Shown piece after piece: positions 55,448 through 64,000 of a DNA stretch of 64,000 bases. Below the pieces are notes generated by a model. That model searched no databases. It was not told where the DNA came from and saw only the letters and a program-made list of their open reading frames with translations. A program made the position numbers and the translations under genes. Source of the DNA: a virus; the IMG/VR virus record IMGVR_UViG_3300021963_000051, positions 32,001-96,000 of that record; one strand, written 5' to 3'. Within the stretch, counting starts at the first letter, position 1, and the number at the start of each line of letters is the position of its first letter.

Positions 55448-57571
55448 ATGAAACCTATACAAATTATCAGCCAAGATCTATTTGACAAAGTTCGCTCACG
55501 TTTTAGCAATTTAGAAATGGGCGACGAAACCGGTGCTGTGACCATTGATCCAGCAGAAGCACGTTTTTTCGACTTTGACTTTGTGAGAGAAGGTGTAGAT
55601 CTTGGTCGTGTCAGTATCAGTCTAAATGATTTAGGTAGTCTCAAAGTATACTACAGCCAAGGTATCACAGAAGGTCAAGATATTATGGGCAAGAAATTAT
55701 GGTATGATTTTCTCAAAGAAATGCGCTATTTCGCCATGCGCAGACTATTGAGATTTGATACCAGAGACATAGCCAAGACCAACTTAGACAAAAACGATTT
55801 TCAACATTTAGCAGCCACGCAGGGCCCCAAGGAAGAAGATATGGCAAACATAGCAGAAGGACGTTGGAACGGTCGCAGCAGTTCCAAAACCAGTCGTGCT
55901 GTCAAGGGACGCACAGAAGTTATCATTAGACATAATAAACCTGTGGAAGAAACATTCCCAGGTGCTCGCAGCCAACGTAAAAACATCAAGGCAATTTTTA
56001 TACAGAACAGAGATGGTGAAAGATTCAAGTATCCTTTCATTCATCCCGCAGGCGCATTTGCCATGGCTCAGCATGTAGATCATGGTGGAGTACCGCATGA
56101 TCCAGCAGGCAAGGCCATTATACGTATGAGCGAGGAAATTGCTCAATTGGCAGAATTTCAAAAAACAGTAAGGGGCGCTACTTTACACGATGACGCACTA
56201 GGAATAACAGAGAGGGCCATAGGCCGACTACAAGAATTAAAGGCACAGATTGAAAGTTTGAGCAAGCGCCCACATTATGAATCATGGATGGCAGAATTTA
56301 CAGCAACAGAAGATGATGGCTTACAGGCAGAATTAGATGCTGTTACAATGGAAGATTATAAGGCAAAATTTACAGAAAAAAATTATCAAGAATCACTTAG
56401 TCAATATTTTCCCCTACTACATCGCATAATGAGTGAGGCTAACAAGGTAGATTTAGAATCATATGTCAGTGAGACAGACAGCGAAGAAGACGACGAAATG
56501 AGAGAAGAATACGACTTCTCTAACGGTATTAAAGGTCCAATATTACCCCCAGGCAAATTAGATCAGGCATTCACAGAGTGGGCAGAAGACGCCGTCAGTA
56601 TGGAATTCGATGCGGCAAAATTAGCACAGGCTCTCCAGGAACTTCCACAACCATTGACACTTAGTGATGAAATGGCAGCAGATGAGGTAGTGCGTTTCTT
56701 CAGCGAATACGGCGTCGAAAGTCCAGAATTAGCAGACAATCTCAAAGACCAAGCAAGAATCAATCCCGGTGCAGATCCTATTCAGGATGTCATAATGCCC
56801 TGGGCAATAAAACCAGAAAATCAAGACAAGTTTCCAGGATTAGCAGACATATTTCAAGCACCTGCTCCGGAACAACCTCAGCCTGTGGCAGAAGATCGCG
56901 ACATGAAGGCCATGATCGGTGAAGTCGCTCGCATTGTAAAAAGTTTCTATAATAGAGACAATCCCAATGTGGGACCATTCCGTTCAGAAGAAGGCATTGC
57001 CATTGATGTTGAAAAAGAAATCTCAGAAAAGTTCGGCGATGAGGCTGGCCAACATGCTCGTATGCTAGCAGAAAAGTTCATGGCCAAACTTACCCAAGAA
57101 TGGGCACAGCGTCATAAGGGTGATAGCCTAATGGGTGAAAAAGGTGTAGCGGAAGGCTCTAGAGAAGCAATTTTATCAAAGATTGCCGCAAGCGGTGACG
57201 ATGCCTATGATATGGTCTATGATGGATTAAGCGGTAAATTCGGTGACGAAGTTAGAAATCAACTTCAAAATATGTATGACCAAATCTCCAGCCAATACAG
57301 ATTACATCCAGACGATGATTTTGAGGAAATACAAAGCCGTATGGTTGATCAGATAGGACAGGAATACGGTATGTCAGAAGATGATGCTGCCTTAGAAGCA
57401 ATGAGTCGCCATGCCAAAGGTTGGGAAAAATATGGACCAGGCATGAAAGAATTAGCCAAGGCAGGCAAGGAAGGCGCTAGCGAAAAAGAAATGGATCGCA
57501 TACGCAAAAAACACGACCGTTATGATGAAGAAATAGAACTTATTCGTAAACTTTCGGGAATGGCAAAATAG
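55448..57571 (+). CDS. Large acidic hypothetical late protein with a modular C-terminal half
   Basis: 707 aa; TAAATA at 55436-55441; modules bounded by VAE/MSE motifs; ends IRKLSGMAK. Confidence 0.7.
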   Translation: MKPIQIISQDLFDKVRSRFSNLEMGDETGAVTIDPAEARFFDFDFVREGVDLGRVSISLNDLGSLKVYYSQGITEGQDIMGKKLWYDFLKEMRYFAMRRLLRFDTRDIAKTNLDKNDFQHLAATQGPKEEDMANIAEGRWNGRSSSKTSRAVKGRTEVIIRHNKPVEETFPGARSQRKNIKAIFIQNRDGERFKYPFIHPAGAFAMAQHVDHGGVPHDPAGKAIIRMSEEIAQLAEFQKTVRGATLHDDALGITERAIGRLQELKAQIESLSKRPHYESWMAEFTATEDDGLQAELDAVTMEDYKAKFTEKNYQESLSQYFPLLHRIMSEANKVDLESYVSETDSEEDDEMREEYDFSNGIKGPILPPGKLDQAFTEWAEDAVSMEFDAAKLAQALQELPQPLTLSDEMAADEVVRFFSEYGVESPELADNLKDQARINPGADPIQDVIMPWAIKPENQDKFPGLADIFQAPAPEQPQPVAEDRDMKAMIGEVARIVKSFYNRDNPNVGPFRSEEGIAIDVEKEISEKFGDEAGQHARMLAEKFMAKLTQEWAQRHKGDSLMGEKGVAEGSREAILSKIAASGDDAYDMVYDGLSGKFGDEVRNQLQNMYDQISSQYRLHPDDDFEEIQSRMVDQIGQEYGMSEDDAALEAMSRHAKGWEKYGPGMKELAKAGKEGASEKEMDRIRKKHDRYDEEIELIRKLSGMAK

Positions 57572-57584
57572 TATATTAGATAGC

Positions 57585-57613
57585 TTGACAAATCTAGAAA
57601 TTTATCATAGAAT
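57585..57613 (+). promoter_or_regulatory. Sigma70-type promoter
   Basis: TTGACA (57585-57590), 17 bp, TAGAAT (57608-57613); ATG follows 5 nt later. Confidence 0.75.
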
Positions 57614-57618
57614 AAGGT

Positions 57619-58395
57619 ATGGACATTATATTTTATTCACATGAATTACAAGATGAATTCGTAACAAATCTTTTTGGATTAGAACATAAGGGCATATTTT
57701 TAGATGTTGCTTGTTGGCATCCTATACAAGGATCTAATACCTATACATTAGAAAATTATCTAGGATGGACTGGTAATTGTTTTGATATCATAGACGCAGA
57801 ACAACAGTGGTCTTGGAGTAATCATCGATCAGCAAAGTTTAACCACTGTAATATTGCATCTGGCAAATTTGTAGAAATTTTAGAATCTATTAGAAATGAA
57901 ACTCCTATCGTAGATTATGCCAGTGTTGATGTAGATTCTTCACTTACTGTAGTTGCTCTAGATAAAATTATAAAATCAGGAATAGAATTAAAAGTTATAA
58001 CATTTGAACATGAATTTTATTTGTACGATAATTTATATCAAAAAGAATCTGAAAAAATATTATACAACCAAGGTTTGGTCAAACTTTTTTCAAATGTAAG
58101 ATTACTTACAGCAAATCAAACTTCCCCTAATCTCAAAAATCAAACTGAAAGTTTTGAAGATTGGTGGATCAATCCTAAATATTTTGATTCTAATATTTTA
58201 GAAATTCAAAGTGATGGTTTATATTATCATAATTGTGTTAACAAATTGAAGAACTATTCAAATCTTACATATAAAGGGACCCATGCCTGCAGCAGAGCAT
58301 TTCCAGATGAATATTCACTCCATGTTCTTCCAGGAGAAAAAGAGAACACAGAAAAAATTCTAGAATTTGTACGCTCAAATAACTTGAATGTATAA
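57619..58395 (+). CDS. FkbM-like methyltransferase
   Basis: GIFLDVAC...GSNTYTLE..LGWTG, VDYASVDVD, VITFEH, EDWWINP; more AT-rich than its neighbours. Confidence 0.7.
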   Translation: MDIIFYSHELQDEFVTNLFGLEHKGIFLDVACWHPIQGSNTYTLENYLGWTGNCFDIIDAEQQWSWSNHRSAKFNHCNIASGKFVEILESIRNETPIVDYASVDVDSSLTVVALDKIIKSGIELKVITFEHEFYLYDNLYQKESEKILYNQGLVKLFSNVRLLTANQTSPNLKNQTESFEDWWINPKYFDSNILEIQSDGLYYHNCVNKLKNYSNLTYKGTHACSRAFPDEYSLHVLPGEKENTEKILEFVRSNNLNV

Positions 58396-58398
58396 ATA
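58391..58398 (+). promoter_or_regulatory. Late promoter TATAAATA upstream of gp32
   Basis: Perfect consensus followed by a ~90-nt structured leader. Confidence 0.7.
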
Positions 58399-58495
58399 CA
58401 ATTGTGTAGTATTACAGCTACACACTTTTTCTTTTTAGTCAGTGGGCTAAGAAGAAGTGGCAAATACAAAGGCATAAACATTAAGGAGAAACATT

Positions 58496-59494
58496 ATGGC
58501 AACTTTGGCAGAGATTCGTGCGAAACTTCAACAGGCTTCCCAACAACAAGGCGGAAGCACAGGCGGTGACAACGCTATTTTCCCTCACTGGAATATTCAA
58601 GAAGGAACAACTACTACAGTTCGTTTCCTACCCGACGGTGATCCAAACAATACCTTTTTCTGGATTGAACGAGCAATGATTAAATTGCCATTCGCCGGCA
58701 TCAAAGGTGAAACTAATTCAAAACCAACTCAGGTTCAGGTTCCTTGTATGGAAATGTGGAATGAGTCTTGTCCAATCCTTACAGAGGTGCGTCCTTGGTT
58801 CAAGGACAAATCACTTGAGGATATGGGTCGTAAGTATTGGAAGAAAAAGTCTTATCTGTTTCAAGGTTTTGTTGTTGATACAAAATTATCAGAAGACAAG
58901 ACTCCAGATAATCCTATCCGTAGGTTTATCATTGGCAGTCAGATTTTTAACATTGTTAAAAATGCTCTAATGGACAGTGAGATTGAAGAACTACCCACTG
59001 ATTTTGTCCGTGGTTTAGATTTTAAAATCGCTAAAACATCCAAAGGTGGTTATGCTGACTATTCCACTTCTACATGGGCTCGTAGAGAACGTGCTCTAAG
59101 CGAAATGGAACAGGCTGCTATCAAGCAATATGGTCTGTTCAAACTCAGTGACTTCCTACCCAAGAAACCAGGTGAAGTTGAACTCAAGGTAATGAAAGAA
59201 ATGTTTGAAGCATCAGTAGATGGTGAAGCATTTGACATGGAACGTTGGGGTCAATACTTTAAACCAGCAGGCATGGGAGGCGGTGGTAGTGCTACAGGCA
59301 GCGGAACCGCAGTCAAAGCCAGTGCTCCTGCTGCTTCGGTAGATGAGGAAGAAGCCCCTTTTGAATCAGCGGCTCCAGTAACCGCTAAAACTGCTGTGAA
59401 AGAAGAAGAAAAATCTGCATCAAGTGGTGGTGATTCATCAAGTCGTGCTGCTGATATCATTGCTATGATTCGTAAGCGTAATAATCAGCAATAG
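58496..59494 (+). CDS. gp32: Single-stranded DNA-binding protein
   Basis: VRFLPDGD, CME...CPIL, YWKKKSY, DFKIAKTSKGGYADYSTS; heads the uvsX-uvsY-uvsW cluster. Confidence 0.88.
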   Translation: MATLAEIRAKLQQASQQQGGSTGGDNAIFPHWNIQEGTTTTVRFLPDGDPNNTFFWIERAMIKLPFAGIKGETNSKPTQVQVPCMEMWNESCPILTEVRPWFKDKSLEDMGRKYWKKKSYLFQGFVVDTKLSEDKTPDNPIRRFIIGSQIFNIVKNALMDSEIEELPTDFVRGLDFKIAKTSKGGYADYSTSTWARRERALSEMEQAAIKQYGLFKLSDFLPKKPGEVELKVMKEMFEASVDGEAFDMERWGQYFKPAGMGGGGSATGSGTAVKASAPAASVDEEEAPFESAAPVTAKTAVKEEEKSASSGGDSSSRAADIIAMIRKRNNQQ

Positions 59495-59504
59495 GGGATA
59501 AATC

Positions 59505-60563
59505 ATGGGTAAGGCATTCGATATTAGTAAATTTCGAAAAAGCCTTACCAAGTCCATTGATGGGCTTGGTATTGGCTTTAATGATCCCACTGACTGGGTT
59601 TCTACGGGCAATTATGCTCTAAATTACTTGATCAGTGGAGACTTTTTCAAAGGTGTTCCTTTGGGCAAGGTCACTGTATTCGCTGGTGAAAGTGGTGCTG
59701 GAAAAAGTTATATCTGTAGTGGTAACCTCATTCGCCATGCTCAAGATCAAGGTATTTTTGTAGTTCTTATTGACTCAGAAAATGCTCTTGACAAAGATTG
59801 GTTAGTGAGATTGGGTGTAGATACAGACGAATCTAAACTGCTCAAACTTAACATGGCCATGATTGATGATGTGGCAAAGACTATCAACGAGTTCATGAAA
59901 GAATACAAGGCCATGCCTCAAGATGAAAGGCCCAAGGTTCTTTTTGTCATCGATAGTTTGGGTATGTTATTGACACCCACTGATATCAATCAGTTTGAAG
60001 CAGGAGATCTAAAAGGTGACATGGGTCGTAAGCCCAAGGCATTGACAGCATTGGTTCGTAATTGTGTTAATATGTTTGGCAGTCACAATGTTGGTTTGGT
60101 CTGTACCAATCATACCTATGCCAGTCAAGACATGTTTGATCCAGATGACAAGATCTCAGGTGGTCAAGGTTTTATCTATGCGTCATCAATTGTTGTGGCA
60201 ATGAAAAAACTCAAACTCAAAGAAGATGAGGACGGCAACAAGGTCAGTGATGTATTGGGCATTCGTTCAGCCTGTAAGATCATGAAAACTCGCTATGCCA
60301 AACCTTTCGAAAGTGTTCAAGTTAAAATTCCTTACTCAACAGGCATGGCACCTACTTCAGGGTTAGTGGATATGTTTGAAAAGATGGGGGTATTGACAAA
60401 ACAAGGAAATAAGTTACAATATATCAGTAGGCGAACAGGTGAGATTTCAGCAGAATTTCGTAAGAATTGGACTGAAGAAAAACTCATGATGATCATGGCA
60501 GAGTGGGATCACACTGCTCAGGTTGTACCTATCACTAACGAAGAAACCACAGAGGCAGAATAA
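59505..60563 (+). CDS. uvsX: RecA-like recombinase
   Basis: GESGAGKS Walker A, IDSENA, VIDSLG, NHTY, SGGQG. Confidence 0.93.
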   Translation: MGKAFDISKFRKSLTKSIDGLGIGFNDPTDWVSTGNYALNYLISGDFFKGVPLGKVTVFAGESGAGKSYICSGNLIRHAQDQGIFVVLIDSENALDKDWLVRLGVDTDESKLLKLNMAMIDDVAKTINEFMKEYKAMPQDERPKVLFVIDSLGMLLTPTDINQFEAGDLKGDMGRKPKALTALVRNCVNMFGSHNVGLVCTNHTYASQDMFDPDDKISGGQGFIYASSIVVAMKKLKLKEDEDGNKVSDVLGIRSACKIMKTRYAKPFESVQVKIPYSTGMAPTSGLVDMFEKMGVLTKQGNKLQYISRRTGEISAEFRKNWTEEKLMMIMAEWDHTAQVVPITNEETTEAE

Positions 60564-60823
60564 TGGAAGAAGCACTAATCATTGAAGTTTGGGACACTTT
60601 TAAAGATTATATTCCTGAGAAAAATCGAGATACAGCAGCAAATCATTTTGTAGATTTTTTATTAGGTAGAGATGTTGATACCAAGACCTTAGAAGGTATC
60701 ATGGGATTTGACCCTCATCTAGACAATGCTATCGAATTAGTCATTGAAGAACAAAACCAAGACGATGACAAAGACGAATATGATGAGGACGGTTATGACT
60801 ATGAGGATGATGAGGACTATTGA
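60563..60823 (+). CDS. Small acidic hypothetical protein
   Basis: 86 aa; TAATG and TGATG coupling with both neighbours; acidic tail. Confidence 0.7.
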   Translation: MEEALIIEVWDTFKDYIPEKNRDTAANHFVDFLLGRDVDTKTLEGIMGFDPHLDNAIELVIEEQNQDDDKDEYDEDGYDYEDDEDY

Positions 60824-61278
60824 TGAAATGGTATTCAAGAGTCAGCAAGGATCTCCAATTCTTGCCTGACTGTATTGACTATTTCTATCAAGAACTCGAC
60901 TCAGCCAAAAAAGAATCCAAGATACAGGGTAATATTGAAAAGGCATCTGCGGCCCTTCCTGGTATTGTTGAACATAGATTCAATCAACTTCAAGAAATTG
61001 AAGCAATATTAGAATATCTTAATATTGAACTAAGAAGGACTCGCAGCCGTGTCTTCAAAAAATATTTGGAAAACTATCAACGGGCTCTTAGTTCCAGAGA
61101 TGTCGAAAAATATGTAGATGGAGAAGATGATGTTGTTGATATGGAAAAAATCATCAACGAATTGGCCCTGCTACGCAATCAATGGCTGGGCATTATCAAA
61201 GGTTTAGACATTAAACAGTGGCAATTGAGTAACATTATCAAATTAAGGACTGCTGGTCTTGAAGATATCTCACTCTAA
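60823..61278 (+). CDS. uvsY: Recombination mediator (UvsY-like)
   Basis: Helical ~150 aa with KYVDGEDDV and KGLDIKQWQLSNIIKLR; located between uvsX and uvsW. Confidence 0.8.
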   Translation: MKWYSRVSKDLQFLPDCIDYFYQELDSAKKESKIQGNIEKASAALPGIVEHRFNQLQEIEAILEYLNIELRRTRSRVFKKYLENYQRALSSRDVEKYVDGEDDVVDMEKIINELALLRNQWLGIIKGLDIKQWQLSNIIKLRTAGLEDISL

Positions 61279-62485
61279 TCGACTTTCTATAGAAAACATG
61301 GTTCATGCCGTGGCTACTCAGGCATCATCTGTGCTGAAACCCTATGATTATGTTTTTATACAAAGTTTAAGTCAACAAATTTCTTACAACCAATATGGAC
61401 TAACAGAAAAACAGGCTTCACTGTGTCTTAAAATTCTCAAAAAAAACATAAATTGGTTGAATCAATTTTATCACCGTGATGTTCTTGGGGATATTGAAAA
61501 TCCCACCTATCTTTTTCCTTTGAGAACCATATCTATACAGCATAAAATTAGCTATATGGCGGACAAGGACATCAATGAACGCATCAAACTACAATTTCCC
61601 TACAATGAAGAAATTGTAACCTATATTAAATCTCAACGCAACAAGATTTATAACTATACATGGGATGCCACTGAAAAATGTTGGTATCTCAGCCTGGATA
61701 CGCAGTCATTAGAAATTTGTCATACGCTACATAAGAAATATAAGTTTGAATATGATCCAGAATTTCAAAATTATTTTGATCAAATGGCAGAAATCTATAG
61801 CAATTTAGAAAAATATGTGCCTATGCTGGATAAAATTCAAGCAAGGTATCAGTTACGCAATGTTAGCCCTAAAATTCCTGAATTTTCTGGTGAGGATTTA
61901 GTCAAAAGTCTATTCCAAGCAAGACGCTATGGTATAACATCTTGGTCAGATTCAGTAGAAAATGACACTATTGAACAAAACATAGACACAGTTACAATGA
62001 ATTTTTTAAGGCATACAGAAAAGAAGGAATTTCCTGTAAATTTAGAAGAAATTGATCAAAAAAGCCTAGAAAATTTGGTAAAAAATCTACTTCCTTGTGT
62101 GTTTTTTATCCCAGCAGGCAGCGAACTGTCAAAGACCACACATGCCTTTAACATGCTAAAAAATATCGGCGTGGAAAATAATAATATCAGTGTGCTTTTT
62201 AGATTGCCTAATGACACAAACAGCAATTTCAATATTTTTGTCAGAGAAAATGGCCTAAACACACCGCTTACAGGAGATACGCAGGCAGTGTTCATCAGTC
62301 AAAAAATTCCTAAGACATTTTTCCCCACTGCTCATAGGTTTAAAACTGCCGTAATGTATAATAAGTATCATGCTCACTACGCTACCAGAGATTTTTTGAA
62401 GTGTTTTTCTAATACTATAGAAATTTGTGATAAAAACTCAAAATCTACATCAGAAAACAGCATGGATTGGTTACAGGATGTCTAA
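61259..62485 (+). CDS. Hypothetical protein
   Basis: About 400 aa; LTEKQ motif and a FPYNEEI...WDATEKCWY segment that may be HARP-like. Start uncertain. Confidence 0.65.
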   Translation: MKISHSNRLSIENMVHAVATQASSVLKPYDYVFIQSLSQQISYNQYGLTEKQASLCLKILKKNINWLNQFYHRDVLGDIENPTYLFPLRTISIQHKISYMADKDINERIKLQFPYNEEIVTYIKSQRNKIYNYTWDATEKCWYLSLDTQSLEICHTLHKKYKFEYDPEFQNYFDQMAEIYSNLEKYVPMLDKIQARYQLRNVSPKIPEFSGEDLVKSLFQARRYGITSWSDSVENDTIEQNIDTVTMNFLRHTEKKEFPVNLEEIDQKSLENLVKNLLPCVFFIPAGSELSKTTHAFNMLKNIGVENNNISVLFRLPNDTNSNFNIFVRENGLNTPLTGDTQAVFISQKIPKTFFPTAHRFKTAVMYNKYHAHYATRDFLKCFSNTIEICDKNSKSTSENSMDWLQDV

Positions 62486-63932
62486 AACTACACAGTTAAG
62501 AATCATCGACGAAGTCAATTGTAAGTTTCTAAACCTCGATTTAGATACTCGCAAGGCCTTGGTCAAAAAATTCAAGTTAGAAGACCCCACAGCCAGGTTT
62601 AGACCAGCCTATAAACTGGGTAGATGGGACGGAACGGTGAGTTTTTTCGGTCTGGGCGGCACTACCTATATTTCAATTCTTCCTCGTATCTTAGAGTATC
62701 TGGAAGAACACAACTATTATGTAGAGATTGAAGATCAGCGCTCACCCATTGACCTACAATTTCCTGAAATTTCCGGTGATTTTTGGGGTGAAAAGTCTTG
62801 GCCAAAAGGACATAGATTTGAAGGACAACCTATTCGCCTGCGTGAAGATCAGGTTGAAGTGATCAATAAGTTTTTACAAAATCCGCAGAGCCTACAAGAA
62901 ATTGCCACAGGCTTTGGAAAAACAATAACCACCGCAACTTTGGCAAAAATCTGTGAAAAATATGGTAGAACAATTACCATTGTGCCAAATAAAAGTTTGG
63001 TAGAACAAACCGAAGAAGACTTTCGTAACTGTGAATTAGATGTTGGAGTATACTATGGTGATCGTAAAGAATTAGGACGAACTCATACCATAGCAACTTG
63101 GCAAAGTTTAAACATTTTAGAGAAAAAATCACATGATGATGACGAACTTTTAACACTTGCTGAATTTTTAGATGGTGTTGAAGCAGTCATAGTTGATGAA
63201 GTTCATATGGCCAAGGCTGATGTATTGAAAAAATTGCTGACACAGAATTTAGGCAAGACTCCTATTCGTTGGGGACTTACTGGAACCATACCAAAAGCCG
63301 AAATTGACTTCGAAAATATTCGTTGTTCCATAGGAGATGTAGTTCACCGTGTGGCAGCACATGAATTACAAGAAAAAGAAATCTTAAGTCGTTGTCATGT
63401 TCAAATTATTCAAACAGCAGAACATAAAGAATTCCGAAGTTACGCTGAAGAATTGAAATTTTTAGTTACAGATGAAGACAGAATGACCTATATTGCTAAT
63501 ATTATTCAAGGTGTAGCAGAATCTGGCAACACACTAATTTTAGTAGATCGTATCGAAAGTGGTAATTTTTTACAGGACAGGTTAACAGACAGTGTATTCA
63601 TATCAGGAAGAGTTAAAACCAAAGATAGAAAAGAAGAATATGATGAAGTGGCGGTTGCTGATAACAAGATCATTGTGGCGACTTATGGTGTGGCCGCTGT
63701 GGGTATTAATATCCCTCGTATTTTTAATTTGGTTCTTTTGGAACCCGGAAAGAGCTTTACAAGAGTTATACAATCAATTGGGAGAGGTATTAGAAAGGCT
63801 GAAGACAAGGACTTCGTCCGAATCTGGGACTTGACAGCATCGACCAAATATGCTAAAAAGCATTTAACAGAGAGGAAACGTTTCTATAAAGAAGCACAGT
63901 ATCCTTTTACAATAGACAAGGTAAAATATTAA
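62478..63932 (+). CDS. uvsW: SF2 DNA helicase
   Basis: ATGFGKT, VDEVH, GLTGT, VIQSIGRGIR. Start moved to ATG 62478. Confidence 0.92.
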   Translation: MSKTTQLRIIDEVNCKFLNLDLDTRKALVKKFKLEDPTARFRPAYKLGRWDGTVSFFGLGGTTYISILPRILEYLEEHNYYVEIEDQRSPIDLQFPEISGDFWGEKSWPKGHRFEGQPIRLREDQVEVINKFLQNPQSLQEIATGFGKTITTATLAKICEKYGRTITIVPNKSLVEQTEEDFRNCELDVGVYYGDRKELGRTHTIATWQSLNILEKKSHDDDELLTLAEFLDGVEAVIVDEVHMAKADVLKKLLTQNLGKTPIRWGLTGTIPKAEIDFENIRCSIGDVVHRVAAHELQEKEILSRCHVQIIQTAEHKEFRSYAEELKFLVTDEDRMTYIANIIQGVAESGNTLILVDRIESGNFLQDRLTDSVFISGRVKTKDRKEEYDEVAVADNKIIVATYGVAAVGINIPRIFNLVLLEPGKSFTRVIQSIGRGIRKAEDKDFVRIWDLTASTKYAKKHLTERKRFYKEAQYPFTIDKVKY

Positions 63933-63934
63933 TA

Positions 63935-64000
63935 ATGCAGATACTAACATTAGAAGATCAAACATTTTTTCTCAATGAGCTTCCGGAAGAAATAGAAAAT
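63935..64000 (+). CDS. Hypothetical protein, partial (MQILTLEDQTFFLNELPEEIEN...)
   Basis: ATG 2 nt after the uvsW stop, open to the window end. Confidence 0.55.
   Translation, partial: MQILTLEDQTFFLNELPEEIEN

Noticed and set aside
53855-63932. Inteins or introns in terminase, UvsX or UvsW
   Set aside because: Lengths are normal, motifs are contiguous, and I saw no intein splice-junction or LAGLIDADG signature.
1-64000. Stop-codon reassignment
   Set aside because: Core genes are full length in the standard code, and TAA, TAG and TGA all serve as stops.

Overview
This window is 64 kb of a large, AT-rich (roughly 35% GC by eye) T4-like myophage genome in the standard genetic code. It holds the late sigma factor (gp55-like), gp47/gp46, a tape measure gene, the head module (gp20/21/22/23), a ~20 kb cluster of giant fibre or appendage proteins, neck (gp13/14/15), sheath and tube (gp18/19), gp4, terminase, and gp32-uvsX-uvsY-uvsW. 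T4-type late promoters (TATAAATA/TAAATA) and a few sigma70 promoters punctuate it. The most striking observations are: (1) two putative virion proteins carry eight ~165-aa repeats that align in register with phycobiliprotein (phycocyanin/allophycocyanin) subunits, including the bilin-binding C-x-R-D motif; (2) a ~410-nt, ~50% GC, highly structured non-coding element directly follows a small GIY-YIG nuclease, with a pseudoknot and two GTGTGAC-N10-AGATGAT units; (3) a T TTT TTC -1 frameshift site can fuse the gp26-like gene to the next ORF; (4) many late genes look leaderless; (5) a set of putative protease-processed internal head proteins includes a modular polyprotein that shares the scaffold's C-terminal motif. 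All family assignments come from motif recognition by eye, not from database searches.
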